A stretch of 64,000 nt of DNA from Candidatus Woesearchaeota archaeon (GTDB taxonomy: Archaea > Nanobdellota > Nanobdellia > Woesearchaeales > SKGA01), in contig JAFGOT010000010.1 in assembly GCA_016926395.1 (NCBI GenBank), positions 1 to 64,000 of the forward strand. The letters are read 5' to 3'. Position 1 is the stretch's first letter. Each line of letters starts with the position of its first letter. The notes beneath the pieces are model-generated. The model was not told the origin of the DNA and made no database searches. It saw only the letters and a list, made by a program, of their open reading frames with translations. The position numbers and the translations under genes are program-made. This document shows positions 17,854-27,563 of the stretch, one piece after another.

Positions 17854-20106
17854 TTAGCTACCAATATTTATTGGTATTGCTCCTGCCACTAAGTTAAATA
17901 CGAGTATTGCTCCTCCTGCAAGCATAATATATAGTATTGTTGATTTAGTCATTCCTATTCCTAATGCGTTTTCTTTTCCTATTTGATCACCGCCAGTTTC
18001 TATTCCGTTTCCTATAACAGTTAGGATGTAAGCTAGTTCAACAACATAAAGACCCACTACAATTTGGAAATGATATGTTGGTATTCCAGTTCCAAACATA
18101 GATAATAATCCCGCTCCTCCACCTGCTGCTCCACCTGCAGATAGTTGTTTCATTCCATCACCTAGTATTCCTAAAATTTTTGTGATCATGCTTGTTATTC
18201 CAACTACAATTCCTGAAATTACAGGTGTTAAGAATTTTACTTGACCTTTCAAACTTCCTATAACATCTCCTAATAAATCTTGTAGTCGCTCGTCAACTCT
18301 ATGCATTTGTTTGATATATTCGGAAACATTAATTATCGCTTGGCTAGCTACCAGCGGTCCTTTTTTACTTGATTCGACAAGAACTTTCATCGAACTTTCT
18401 ATTAGGTCCGATGGATAATATTGCAAAGCTCCTTTTTCTTTGTCAAATATTGCTTTTTCGACACTCATCCCTAAACGAGTAATGTTAACGTGAACTAACA
18501 TGAAAAATTTTCCTGAAACAGTATCTTGCATCATCGAGGCTACTTTTCCAAATGATGTTTCGGCTGGTATTCCATCACCTATCCTGCTTCCTAATTGGAA
18601 CAACGCACTAGAAAATTCAAGTTCTAATTTTTTTGATTGGTCTCTTATTTTCACAATTTTTTGTGATTTCATTTTAAAATAAAGACCCATAAAATAACCT
18701 ATACTTAGAGGTATAAGGAGACTAAACATCATCGCTCCAAGACCAAAAGGCCCTACTAAATCTTCAGTTGCATCCCCTCCTTCAGTTCTCACTCGGTAAT
18801 TTAAGAAATAATATTTTGCAGTTCCAGGATCTATAAAATCTGCATTGACTAATTTTAAATTTCCTGAAGGCCCCGGTGCTAAAGCATAATCTGGAAGACC
18901 TACAGAATACCATATTAAAGGTATCAATCCGATTAAAAAAACAATTGCTCCTAAAACAAAACAAACAACTATCGGTTTTAGATATAATTCTTGTCCGCCA
19001 AAATTTATTGTTATGTTCTTAAGTTTTTTTAGTTCGGGGTTTTTTTCTGTTATGTCTTGATCTCCACTTCCACCCGGCCTTGTAGATAATATTTTTGATC
19101 CTAAATAATAAACCGCAATAGGTAATAGAATATTATAGAATGCGAGCAAGTGATACCATCGCATATTATCCATAAAGCTTACTACTAATGGTAATAGTAC
19201 TAATGTTAATATTGGAAGAACAACTCCAAGCATGTTAAGTGTTGTTAATGGTGCTTGCAAGTTGTGTGCAAAGTGAATCATTTTTTCATACGTACCATCA
19301 AGCATAACAGCTAATGCTTTGTCAAGACTTCCAAGTCGCCTATCATTACTTGATTCATAAAGAGAAGATTGTATTAAGTGCATACACTCTACAAACTCTT
19401 CGTTATTATGACGCCAAGCATTTAAGTAATCATCAAGAGAATCTTTCACTGAATCAAATTTTTCCGTCTCAACATTCCAAACAATTTTTCTCATGTCAAG
19501 TGCTAATGGAGGCCCTAAATGTTCTGCTGCAAAGTTTATTGCAAGCTCCAAGTTTGATGTGTGTCTCATATATGTTACTACATAAAAAACAGCTAGAACC
19601 ATTTGGTTTGATGCTTTCATCTTCCAAGAACCAGCTAAAGTCATTGGTAAACTTTGTAAAGGTATAAGCATTGCAAGCCCGCCAAGTAATGCAAACATTA
19701 CAAAGAATAAGTTTCCTTGACCGCCCAAAGCCATAGGAATAATAAAGAAAATAATCATTGCTGCAAAGATTATTGCTAAAGGAATTACAAGTGCAGCACT
19801 ATATACGCCCGTAGGAGTTGTGTTTAGATGACAAGTGTTTATAGCTTCTTGAAGTGCTTGCGCTTTTTTTTCATCTGGTCTAAAAGGAATTGTTTTTTCT
19901 GCAAAATTACAAATTTTTTCGTAAACAGTAAAATTTTTTGGCATGTATTGTTTTTTGAATTCTTCATACGCTCTTGTTTGTCCAACTTCTTCACTTGCAA
20001 ATCCGCCGTTGTTTCCAGATAACTCTTGTTCTAATCTTTCTTTAAAAAGTTGAGACAATCGTTTATCCGAGATTTGTTCTTCGTCTGGCATTTTTTTATT
20101 CTGCAA
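17854..20106 (-). CDS. Type II secretion/Tad-type membrane platform protein (T2SSF/TadBC/FlaJ superfamily)
   Basis: 750 aa with two cytoplasmic T2SSF-like halves (LAINFAAEHLGPPLA; ALFQLGSRIGDGIPAE) alternating with TM bundles; overlaps the ATPase gene. Confidence 0.8.
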   Translation of the reverse strand: MQNKKMPDEEQISDKRLSQLFKERLEQELSGNNGGFASEEVGQTRAYEEFKKQYMPKNFTVYEKICNFAEKTIPFRPDEKKAQALQEAINTCHLNTTPTGVYSAALVIPLAIIFAAMIIFFIIPMALGGQGNLFFVMFALLGGLAMLIPLQSLPMTLAGSWKMKASNQMVLAVFYVVTYMRHTSNLELAINFAAEHLGPPLALDMRKIVWNVETEKFDSVKDSLDDYLNAWRHNNEEFVECMHLIQSSLYESSNDRRLGSLDKALAVMLDGTYEKMIHFAHNLQAPLTTLNMLGVVLPILTLVLLPLVVSFMDNMRWYHLLAFYNILLPIAVYYLGSKILSTRPGGSGDQDITEKNPELKKLKNITINFGGQELYLKPIVVCFVLGAIVFLIGLIPLIWYSVGLPDYALAPGPSGNLKLVNADFIDPGTAKYYFLNYRVRTEGGDATEDLVGPFGLGAMMFSLLIPLSIGYFMGLYFKMKSQKIVKIRDQSKKLELEFSSALFQLGSRIGDGIPAETSFGKVASMMQDTVSGKFFMLVHVNITRLGMSVEKAIFDKEKGALQYYPSDLIESSMKVLVESSKKGPLVASQAIINVSEYIKQMHRVDERLQDLLGDVIGSLKGQVKFLTPVISGIVVGITSMITKILGILGDGMKQLSAGGAAGGGAGLLSMFGTGIPTYHFQIVVGLYVVELAYILTVIGNGIETGGDQIGKENALGIGMTKSTILYIMLAGGAILVFNLVAGAIPINIGS

Positions 20107-22465
20107 TTTGTTGTTGTGAATTTTGTTTTAGTTTTATTCTCTTAACTTCTTTTTCAATCCAGTCATTCCATTCAAAATATATCGCTTCGTGATCTTCTTT
20201 TCCTGATCGTTTAATTACTTTTTCAACTACTTTATGAAATGTGTCGTTTGCTAAGATTACAAATTCTGCTTCCATCAAATCAGGTAACTTTTCTTTCATT
20301 GCGATTTCGAATATTCTTTGTTTTACTTTTGCTCGAAGTTGGATATTATCCCACATCGCATCCCAGTTTCCAGTGTATTCTTTAACTTTCGATGCAATAT
20401 CTTTTAGTATTTCGCTTTCTCCGTTTAATAACTCTGGTGTTGGTTCTAAAGTGTCTGTTTTTGCGTTGTATTTCATCAAGTCTACAAAGCCACCTTCTGT
20501 TCCGGGATCTTTGTCCCAGTCTTTTCTTACTTCGGTTATTTGTAGCACTCTTCTCATTTTGTGAAGCCCATCGGCTGATTTTATTGGATTAACAATTATG
20601 ATTATATCTGTTGCTTTAAACGAAGTATTTGGCACTCCAATATCATTGACTAATCGGTCATAAATACCATAAGGACTATCACCGTGAATTGTTCCTGCTA
20701 CAACATTTGCTGCAGCTCCAACTCTCATTGCTTCATAAAGTGCTTTTGCTTCTCCACTTCTTACTTCTCCAACAATTAAAGCACTATCTCCAAGACGCAA
20801 AGTACTTCGTATACCATCAGCTGCAGTAAATTCCCCGCCTGATTTTCCAAGTGCACTCGCAACTTTTATTGGTTGAATGTTAAAACCTAATTTTCTCATC
20901 GCAGTTCCTGGAAGTTCAAGCGTGTCTTCAACTGTTATAATTCTATGTCGTCTCATTATCTCAATTAATAGCGATGATAGAAAACTACTTTTACCTGAAC
21001 TTCTCGTACCACACACAAGAAAAGTTCTTGTTCCATCTATTAAAAAAGACAATAATCCTGCCCCTAAAGGACTAAGCATTTTGTATTTTAGAAATAAAGG
21101 TAATGTCCATGGTTTGTCTCGATGTCGTCTAAATGAGAATGCTAAACCTGAAGGATCAAGTGGTTTTGTTATCGTACTTGTCCTAATACTTGCACCAGGT
21201 AATTCAAGTTCTGTATCAAGAATTGGATTCGCTTCATCAAGTGGTCGACCAGAAATCATTCTTAATTTTGATGCCCAACTTTCTGTATCACCGATGGTTG
21301 GAAAAATATTTGTTATACAATCATCATAATCTGCGTGTACAATAAATATAGGCACTTCTCCAGCTGGAGAGTTAACAGATATGTCCTGCATTTTTTCATC
21401 TTGAAGAAGAACTTCTATCAGTCCAAATCCCACTGTATATCTAACAAGTATTGCTGCTAGTTCTTCTACTTGTTTATCATCTAGCGTTATATTTCTATAG
21501 TTTGCTAATTCAACAAGAAGATCTTTTCCTACATTGTGAAAAACTTCTCTCATTCTTGCAGGGTCGGTGAACTCATCGCTATCCGGTTGATGCTCACTCA
21601 TTATTTTTCTTGCAGTATCAAGTAAGTCATACAACTCTTCAGAAAGTTTAAACTCTGGTGGCATCACATGATATAAATATTGAACCGTATCTGGTCTCTC
21701 AAAAATTACAACTTCTGTATCTCCAATTGTGTAGTTGTCAAGTTCAACTCCATTTTTTGGATATGTTGCCATAAGTTTTGTAAACATAAAATCTGGTTTT
21801 ATTATTGGAAAGAATATTTTTCTGTATGCATCTCTGTTTCCAATTTCGTGTCCTTCAATATATGGTCTTGCTACTAAGAAAAACTTGGTTCCTTCTAAAA
21901 GTTCAAGTATGTGGTCGATTAATTTTACGTAATGAAGTATTCCTTCTGCTAAGTTTAAATCTAGTTCTTTGTCTGCTGCAATTTGTTCCCTTCGTTTTAT
22001 TCTTTTCAGTCTTACAAAACAAGAGATAGGATCTTTTTTTAGTTCTGTAAATAAAACACTGTGAAGTTCGTTGTATTTTGATGCCAGTGTTGATGCTGCA
22101 ATTGATTGTGCTAGAGAAGAATAACTAAACAATTCTTTATTTCTAATTAATTTTACATATAATTTTGCAAGTTCTTGAAGAAGGGAAACTTGCGTATAAT
22201 CATACTCATAATTGTGTTTTTGTAAGAATACTAATTTTGTGGCGTTTGGATTTTCTATTAGCATATTTATTGCTTCATCCATAGTTACTTCGTCATCTTC
22301 AATAGATGGAATTCTACCTCTATTTGCGTAATTAACTAGTATAGAAACGTCATCGCCTTCTCGTTCAACTTCATATTGAAGTTTCTTCTTTTTTTCGTCA
22401 AACGCCATTAAACCACTCAAACCCTCTTTTTGTGACTTTCTAGTAATACTGATATAATTTAGCAT
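20096..22465 (-). CDS. Type II/IV secretion (CpaF/VirB11/FlaI-family) ATPase with long N-terminal extension
   Basis: Walker A GTRSSGKS; Asp box TVEDTLEL; Walker B IVGEVRSGEA; His box GTIHGDS; LRHRD-type FSFRRH. Start could be ATG at 22408. Confidence 0.92.
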   Translation of the reverse strand: MLNYISITRKSQKEGLSGLMAFDEKKKKLQYEVEREGDDVSILVNYANRGRIPSIEDDEVTMDEAINMLIENPNATKLVFLQKHNYEYDYTQVSLLQELAKLYVKLIRNKELFSYSSLAQSIAASTLASKYNELHSVLFTELKKDPISCFVRLKRIKRREQIAADKELDLNLAEGILHYVKLIDHILELLEGTKFFLVARPYIEGHEIGNRDAYRKIFFPIIKPDFMFTKLMATYPKNGVELDNYTIGDTEVVIFERPDTVQYLYHVMPPEFKLSEELYDLLDTARKIMSEHQPDSDEFTDPARMREVFHNVGKDLLVELANYRNITLDDKQVEELAAILVRYTVGFGLIEVLLQDEKMQDISVNSPAGEVPIFIVHADYDDCITNIFPTIGDTESWASKLRMISGRPLDEANPILDTELELPGASIRTSTITKPLDPSGLAFSFRRHRDKPWTLPLFLKYKMLSPLGAGLLSFLIDGTRTFLVCGTRSSGKSSFLSSLLIEIMRRHRIITVEDTLELPGTAMRKLGFNIQPIKVASALGKSGGEFTAADGIRSTLRLGDSALIVGEVRSGEAKALYEAMRVGAAANVVAGTIHGDSPYGIYDRLVNDIGVPNTSFKATDIIIIVNPIKSADGLHKMRRVLQITEVRKDWDKDPGTEGGFVDLMKYNAKTDTLEPTPELLNGESEILKDIASKVKEYTGNWDAMWDNIQLRAKVKQRIFEIAMKEKLPDLMEAEFVILANDTFHKVVEKVIKRSGKEDHEAIYFEWNDWIEKEVKRIKLKQNSQQQIAE

Positions 22466-22497
22466 ACCATCTAGTTACATTATATTGATAAAATGAG

Positions 22498-22508
22498 AGT
22501 ATTTAAAG
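22498..22508 (-). promoter_or_regulatory. TATA-box variant CTTTAAATACT upstream of the ATPase-platform operon
   Basis: Exact 11-mer, intergenic, 33 nt from the ORF start. Confidence 0.6.
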
Positions 22509-22532
22509 ATTACTTAAAAAAAACAAAGGACT

Positions 22533-23012
22533 CTATTTACATGATTTTATTTTTTTAACAAAATCATCAATTTTGTCTTCGTTTTCTCCTTTTCTTACTT
22601 CTTTTGTTTTCATTCCAAGAGTTGCTAGTGGCTTAGCATTTAGCACCTCTTGCATTGCTTCAAAGACTTTTTGATCATTATCCCCGCCACGAGTTTGAAA
22701 AAAAGCAACTTTTTTTAGATTTTTCTTGTTTTGCATAAGAACCGTTCGTATAGCAGGAGTTATTGTTCCTGCCCAGTTTGGAGTTCCTATGATTACAAGT
22801 TCATATTTTGAAAAGTCTTTCTTTAAAGGTTCTATTAAAGTTGTTTTTTTAAGAATTGCATCTCGACCACCAATGATGTAACCAAGAGCACCTCCTCTAG
22901 ATGTCTTGTCGATTATTTCTTCAACATCAGCACCTAATTTTTCTGCTAGTTTTTTAGCTAAAAGATTTGTTGTTCCAGAACGTGAATAGTTAATTATTAG
23001 TGTTTTTTTCAT
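22533..23012 (-). CDS. Flavodoxin (short-chain)
   Basis: P-loop YSRSGTT; IIGTPNWAGTITPA; FFQTRGG. Confidence 0.9.
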   Translation of the reverse strand: MKKTLIINYSRSGTTNLLAKKLAEKLGADVEEIIDKTSRGGALGYIIGGRDAILKKTTLIEPLKKDFSKYELVIIGTPNWAGTITPAIRTVLMQNKKNLKKVAFFQTRGGDNDQKVFEAMQEVLNAKPLATLGMKTKEVRKGENEDKIDDFVKKIKSCK

Positions 23013-23118
23013 AAGGACGAAGCAGCAATCTTTAGTTTTTAAGTTTTTGCTTGATGTATTAGAAAAGAATAATTATAAAAAGCCTGTTTGTTTTAGTTTT
23101 AATAAGAGGTGAATAAAC

Positions 23119-23670
23119 ATTCCTAATGAGCCAGAACTTTTTCCTAATCAGCCTGATTTAAACGAGCACATTAGTAAACATCAGAAGGAAGACTCCCCTT
23201 TTGCTCCAAAAACAGTTAAAGTAACTGATGTTGCAACCAGACTTAAGATTCTTGAAGAAAGATATGTTACTTTAAGAAAAAAAGCTCAACTTTCTGAACA
23301 AAATATTATTGAAGCAGAAAAAGATCATTTTGAAGAAATGCAACTATTAAACGAAAGCCTTCTGGATTTAAAGAAATCACTGAAAAGTGTACTTGAAAAA
23401 ATTAGTATGTTAAGTGATGAGGTTGATAATTTTGCTAAGAGAACTGATATGATTACTCTACAAAGGTATATTGAGTTTTGGGAACCAATTGATTTTGTTA
23501 CTCGAAAAGAAGTTAATAATTTTCTAAGACGAAAGTTTAAAGAAGATAATATTCCTATTTCAAAAAAAACAAGTAATGATTCTAAAGTTAAAGAAGACTC
23601 TCAATCAGAAAATAAAGAAAACAAAAAACCTAAAGTTTCTATTGAAGAAGCTTATCCAGATACTGATTAG
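23119..23670 (+). CDS. Coiled-coil hypothetical protein (extends 5' of the tracked ATG at 23338; probable ATT start)
   Basis: Frame open from 23113 with no ATG/GTG/TTG for 75 codons; SD GAGGTGA at 23106-23112; the upstream part continues heptads (RLKILEERYVTLRKKAQLSEQNII). Confidence 0.7.
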   Translation: MPNEPELFPNQPDLNEHISKHQKEDSPFAPKTVKVTDVATRLKILEERYVTLRKKAQLSEQNIIEAEKDHFEEMQLLNESLLDLKKSLKSVLEKISMLSDEVDNFAKRTDMITLQRYIEFWEPIDFVTRKEVNNFLRRKFKEDNIPISKKTSNDSKVKEDSQSENKENKKPKVSIEEAYPDTD

Positions 23671-23681
23671 GATTAATAAGT

Positions 23682-24107
23682 TTAATTTTGTCTGTTACCA
23701 GTTGTTGCTTTCAAATCATCAGTTATTCTTGCAAGATCCGAAACTTTTTCTGTGAATAAAGGCAACACTTTCGCAAAGACTTTTTCCATCGCTTGTATCT
23801 CTGCTCCAACATCAAGAATGTGTTTATCATATTCTCCGACTTTACCAACAACTGCTTGATGTAATTTATCATACTCTGCTCTCAAGTCTTTGATTTCTTG
23901 TTCCATAGAAGATAATCTACTTTCCGCTACAGATTTCCAGTCAATTATTTTATTAATATCACGTAGAAGATCGTTCCACTTTTCATCTATTATCGCTTCT
24001 ATTAATTCTTCATTTGTTGCTTCTGATTGCATTGGCGCTGACATTCCACCCATTGGTGGCATTCCGCCTGGCATTTGTGGAGGGGGCATCCCCATTGGTT
24101 GAACCAT
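23682..24107 (-). CDS. Coiled-coil protein with P/M/G-rich N-terminus
   Basis: MGMPPPQMPGGMPPMGGM tail, then a continuous helix EELIEAIIDEKW...LARITDDLK; SD AGGTGA. Confidence 0.8.
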   Translation of the reverse strand: MVQPMGMPPPQMPGGMPPMGGMSAPMQSEATNEELIEAIIDEKWNDLLRDINKIIDWKSVAESRLSSMEQEIKDLRAEYDKLHQAVVGKVGEYDKHILDVGAEIQAMEKVFAKVLPLFTEKVSDLARITDDLKATTGNRQN

Positions 24108-24140
24108 AATTTACTCACCTATCGTATTAAAAGTATAAAT

Positions 24141-24758
24141 TTAACTTGGCTCGCTTGTTCGAGCAATTAATAATATTGTAAAAAAGGATATTAAAATAAT
24201 TAAGAGCATCCCTAATATTTTAGGATTAAATAATGTTTGTGTCATGTTTGTTCCAAAATCATTTGTTGCGACACTTGAACCAGTGTTAACTGATTGTGTG
24301 CCATAAGCACTTGAAGATGCGTTTTGAGTTACAGTGGTCGATGTTTGACCAGTTCCTTGTTCTAAAACCTGTTGTCCAAAAGAGTTAGATATTGATACTA
24401 ATAATATTATTACAAAAGTAATTATTAAGACCCATTTTATAGCTCCTTGTTTTATTAAATCTTCAAAAAACTTTTCATCAGTTGTGAACATTCTGGCTAC
24501 GAAAAATGATAAAAAGATAAAAACGATTATTACTGTAAACCAAGGTGCCATCGTTGACACCACAGATACAAATCCACTTGAAAAAGAAGATAAAAATGCA
24601 ACGGTCAATGCTACAATTGCATATATTCCGTTATGGCCACTTACATCCTTGAAAATTTTTGACATGTTAAGGAAGGCATACACTATCAAAAACACAAAAA
24701 GGAAAACAAATACGCTTGATACATGTTGAAAAAGCGCTAAATCAAGGAATGTTGCCAT
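24141..24758 (-). CDS. Membrane protein, paralogue 3 of tandem trio
   Basis: FVFLFVFLIVYAFLNMSKIF...IYAIVALTVAF; ~5 TM; S/T-rich loop. Confidence 0.8.
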   Translation of the reverse strand: MATFLDLALFQHVSSVFVFLFVFLIVYAFLNMSKIFKDVSGHNGIYAIVALTVAFLSSFSSGFVSVVSTMAPWFTVIIVFIFLSFFVARMFTTDEKFFEDLIKQGAIKWVLIITFVIILLVSISNSFGQQVLEQGTGQTSTTVTQNASSSAYGTQSVNTGSSVATNDFGTNMTQTLFNPKILGMLLIILISFFTILLIARTSEPS

Positions 24759-24793
24759 TTTATTATTTTATCTCCAAAGTTTTTAACTCGAAT

Positions 24794-25417
24794 TTATTCT
24801 TTTTTACTGCCAACACCAGTTAGGAACTCTTCAATTCCTTTGTTTCTAGCAGCAATTCTTTTTTCTCTTGCAGCAATATCATCTGGTTTTTTGCCATCCC
24901 CTGTGATGAATTTAATTATTAATCCAAACACTAAGATTGCAACAACTAATGGAATTATTTCGCTGCTTAGTAGTCTGTAAACCCAAGAAGGTACATTCCA
25001 CCATCCAATCGAGCCAATAAATATTAAGATAACAATAACTCCAGATGCCAAAGTAAACCATTTTCCTGGTCCTTTGCTTCCATCTGCTCTTTTACCAGTC
25101 CATAGACCAAGTGTTAGAAGAGTCATTAAGATTGCAACTAGTAATAAACTAACCTGAGGAAGTGCTCGGTTGATTATTTCTACTGCGTCAAAACCATAAT
25201 AGTAATTTCCTGTTACGTGCGGTATTACTACTCCAAACGCCATAACCATTGCAATTACTGCAGAGTATTTTTTGTTTTTATCGTCATCATCACTTAAGAT
25301 TTTTGTTTTTTCAAAAATTGCAAAAACTAAAGTGAAAATCAGTATAAATGGTAAAATTACATCTAGTAATCCCCAGTTATCTAATGTGTAAATTAAACTT
25401 TCAAAGCCGTATGCCAT
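24794..25417 (-). CDS. Membrane protein, paralogue 2 of tandem trio
   Basis: ILPFILIFTLVFAIFEKTKIL...YSAVIAMVMAF; SD AGGTGA 5 nt before ATG 25417. Confidence 0.8.
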   Translation of the reverse strand: MAYGFESLIYTLDNWGLLDVILPFILIFTLVFAIFEKTKILSDDDDKNKKYSAVIAMVMAFGVVIPHVTGNYYYGFDAVEIINRALPQVSLLLVAILMTLLTLGLWTGKRADGSKGPGKWFTLASGVIVILIFIGSIGWWNVPSWVYRLLSSEIIPLVVAILVFGLIIKFITGDGKKPDDIAAREKRIAARNKGIEEFLTGVGSKKE

Positions 25418-25525
25418 TTTTTTCACCTTTGTAAAAAATGGTGCTCAAAAATCGTGTTGATTTTTGTTGTGCCATTTTTTTAGCCTTACATGAATATTGA
25501 GTTTTTTATTTCTCAATAATTATCG

Positions 25526-26104
25526 TTATTCTTCTTTTTTCTCTTTCTTGCCTTCAGATTTTTTATCAAATCCACCAGTGACCCATATCATGAATCCTAC
25601 AAAGACAAGTATCATCAAGATTGTTGCAACATGAGCACTTTGCCAGTTGTTAACTAAAAAGTCATATATTGCTGCTAACCATCCTAGTGCATTAAGCGTG
25701 ATCATTAATATACCGATTGCCGCTACAATAAAAAAACCAGTTTTCCATCCTTTTTCTAGTTCAAATTCTTTTTGGCCAGTATGGGTTATTCCTACTGCCA
25801 ACATAAAACTAACACCCATAACAACAATAATCATCGTGTTAGCAATTATTTCACTAATTATTCTTACTAGTTGAGCTGATGCAATTACAAAAAAACCAAT
25901 CGTAAAAGCAACCATGCTGTTTAGGTTTTTTCGAGTGTATGTGTATTCCTTTCCGTTGTGTTTTACTACTTCCAAACCTAATATTTTTGATTTTTCTAAA
26001 AATGCAAATACTAGAGTAAAAATTAATAGGAATGGCAAAACAACATCATAGATTCCAATTTTTGCCATGAAGGCAATACTTCCAGCTAACACACTCTGCG
26101 ACAT
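25526..26104 (-). CDS. Membrane protein, paralogue 1 of tandem trio
   Basis: VLPFLLIFTLVFAFLEKSKIL...LNSMVAFTIGF; ATG 26104 lies 23 nt from the promoter motif. Confidence 0.8.
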   Translation of the reverse strand: MSQSVLAGSIAFMAKIGIYDVVLPFLLIFTLVFAFLEKSKILGLEVVKHNGKEYTYTRKNLNSMVAFTIGFFVIASAQLVRIISEIIANTMIIVVMGVSFMLAVGITHTGQKEFELEKGWKTGFFIVAAIGILMITLNALGWLAAIYDFLVNNWQSAHVATILMILVFVGFMIWVTGGFDKKSEGKKEKKEE

Positions 26105-26126
26105 CTTCTTTATAACCACGCTTTCG

Positions 26127-26137
26127 AGTATTTAAAG
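26127..26137 (-). promoter_or_regulatory. TATA-box variant CTTTAAATACT (leaderless spacing)
   Basis: Same 23-nt spacing to ATG as the copy at 16141. Confidence 0.65.
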
Positions 26138-26273
26138 GTTTCGGCAGGTTTTTAGTTTGAGAAAAAGAAGTAAAGAGCTTTAAAATGGCAAAAATCAAGT
26201 TTTCCACGTTTTTTAAAGAATAAACTTTGACGTGAATACTTTTATAAAGTAGGTCTTATTTATTTGCTTCAGC

Positions 26274-26876
26274 ATGGAAGATGGTGTTAAAAATAAAAAG
26301 TTATTAATAAAAGCGTTTCAAAGTATTTCCAAGACTTATGAAAATGATGACTCCTTTCGAGAGAAAATAATCAACACCTCAAGAGAGATAATTAAACCAT
26401 CCAAACAAGCAATTTATTCTATTCATAGGGATGATGTTGCTCAAGGATTAAAATTAATTAGCTTGGCTGAAAAGAATATTGAAAATGTTTTCAAAATTTA
26501 CGCAAAATCAGGCCTTAAAGAAGTTGGCTCTCTAAAAGCAGCTCTTGAAGAGTATGTTGAAGCTAAAGCTTATTTTGTATTTGTTAAAGAACAAAAAGTT
26601 ATTCTTCCATCAGACCTTCCAAAAGTTGTTCATTACGAAACATATCTTTGTGGTATTGCAGATTTTACTGGAGAGATGAGTAAACGAGCAGTTGTCCTAG
26701 CCACCAAAGGCAATTTTGATGAAGTCAAAATTATTAAGAATTCTATCGAAGAAATCCATGAATTATTCTTATCATTTGATTTTCGAAGTGGAGAACTTCG
26801 AAAAAAAGCTGAAAGCATAAAATATAATCTATCTAAAGTTGAAAGCATATTATACGATATTAGTATGCGACAGTAG
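26274..26876 (+). CDS. Translin/TRAX-family (archaeal C3PO-like) RNase
   Basis: EEYVEA and YLCGIADFTGE acidic motifs; FDFRSGELRKK. Confidence 0.85.
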   Translation: MEDGVKNKKLLIKAFQSISKTYENDDSFREKIINTSREIIKPSKQAIYSIHRDDVAQGLKLISLAEKNIENVFKIYAKSGLKEVGSLKAALEEYVEAKAYFVFVKEQKVILPSDLPKVVHYETYLCGIADFTGEMSKRAVVLATKGNFDEVKIIKNSIEEIHELFLSFDFRSGELRKKAESIKYNLSKVESILYDISMRQ

Positions 26877-26885
26877 GTGAAAAAA

Positions 26886-27494
26886 ATGGCTAAAAAAAGA
26901 AGAGTTACAAAAAAATCAAATAAAAGCATGACCATTAAAATCTTAGCAGGCGTTGCAATTCTAGCAATTGCTTTAGTATTATTTTTTATTTTAAAATCTG
27001 ATGAGGCGAAACCGTTGACAGTTACAATTGAAACTAGTATGGGAAATATTGAAGTAGAACTAAACGAAACTGCAGCACCAATCACTGTTGCAAATTTTTT
27101 ATCTTATGTTGATGAAGGATTTTATGATGGTTTAATCTTCCATCGAGTTATTGATGGGTTTATGATTCAAGGTGGAGGAATTACTCCAGATGGTAAACAA
27201 AAAACAACCAAAGCACCTATCGTTTTAGAATCAGGAAATGGTTTGAAAAATGATCGGGGAACTATTGCAATGGCTCGAACAAGTGACCCTAACAGCGCTA
27301 CAAGTCAATTTTTTATCAACACTGTTGATAACGACTTCTTAAATAAAGGCGCACGTGATGACGGTTACGCTGTTTTTGGTAAAGTCGTTAGGGGAATGGA
27401 TGTTGTCGATAAAATCGAAAAAGTCCCAACCATGGCAAACCCTCAAGACTGGCCAGTTGATGAAGTTACCATAATTTCAATCAAAAGAAAATAA
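26886..27494 (+). CDS. Membrane-anchored cyclophilin-type peptidyl-prolyl isomerase
   Basis: N-terminal TM; [47 protein letters not shown]; SD AGGTGA. Confidence 0.95.
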   Translation: MAKKRRVTKKSNKSMTIKILAGVAILAIALVLFFILKSDEAKPLTVTIETSMGNIEVELNETAAPITVANFLSYVDEGFYDGLIFHRVIDGFMIQGGGITPDGKQKTTKAPIVLESGNGLKNDRGTIAMARTSDPNSATSQFFINTVDNDFLNKGARDDGYAVFGKVVRGMDVVDKIEKVPTMANPQDWPVDEVTIISIKRK

Positions 27495-27563
27495 AGAAAT
27501 TTTTATTTTAATTACTTATTACAATCGTGGCGTTAGCCAGATAACTTATTGGTGAATAAAAAA

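Noticed and set aside
17854-22465. Archaellum motor (arlI/arlJ)
   Set aside because: No archaellin or arlF/G/H neighbours; both proteins are much longer than typical ArlI/ArlJ. Kept as generic Tad/T4P-like.
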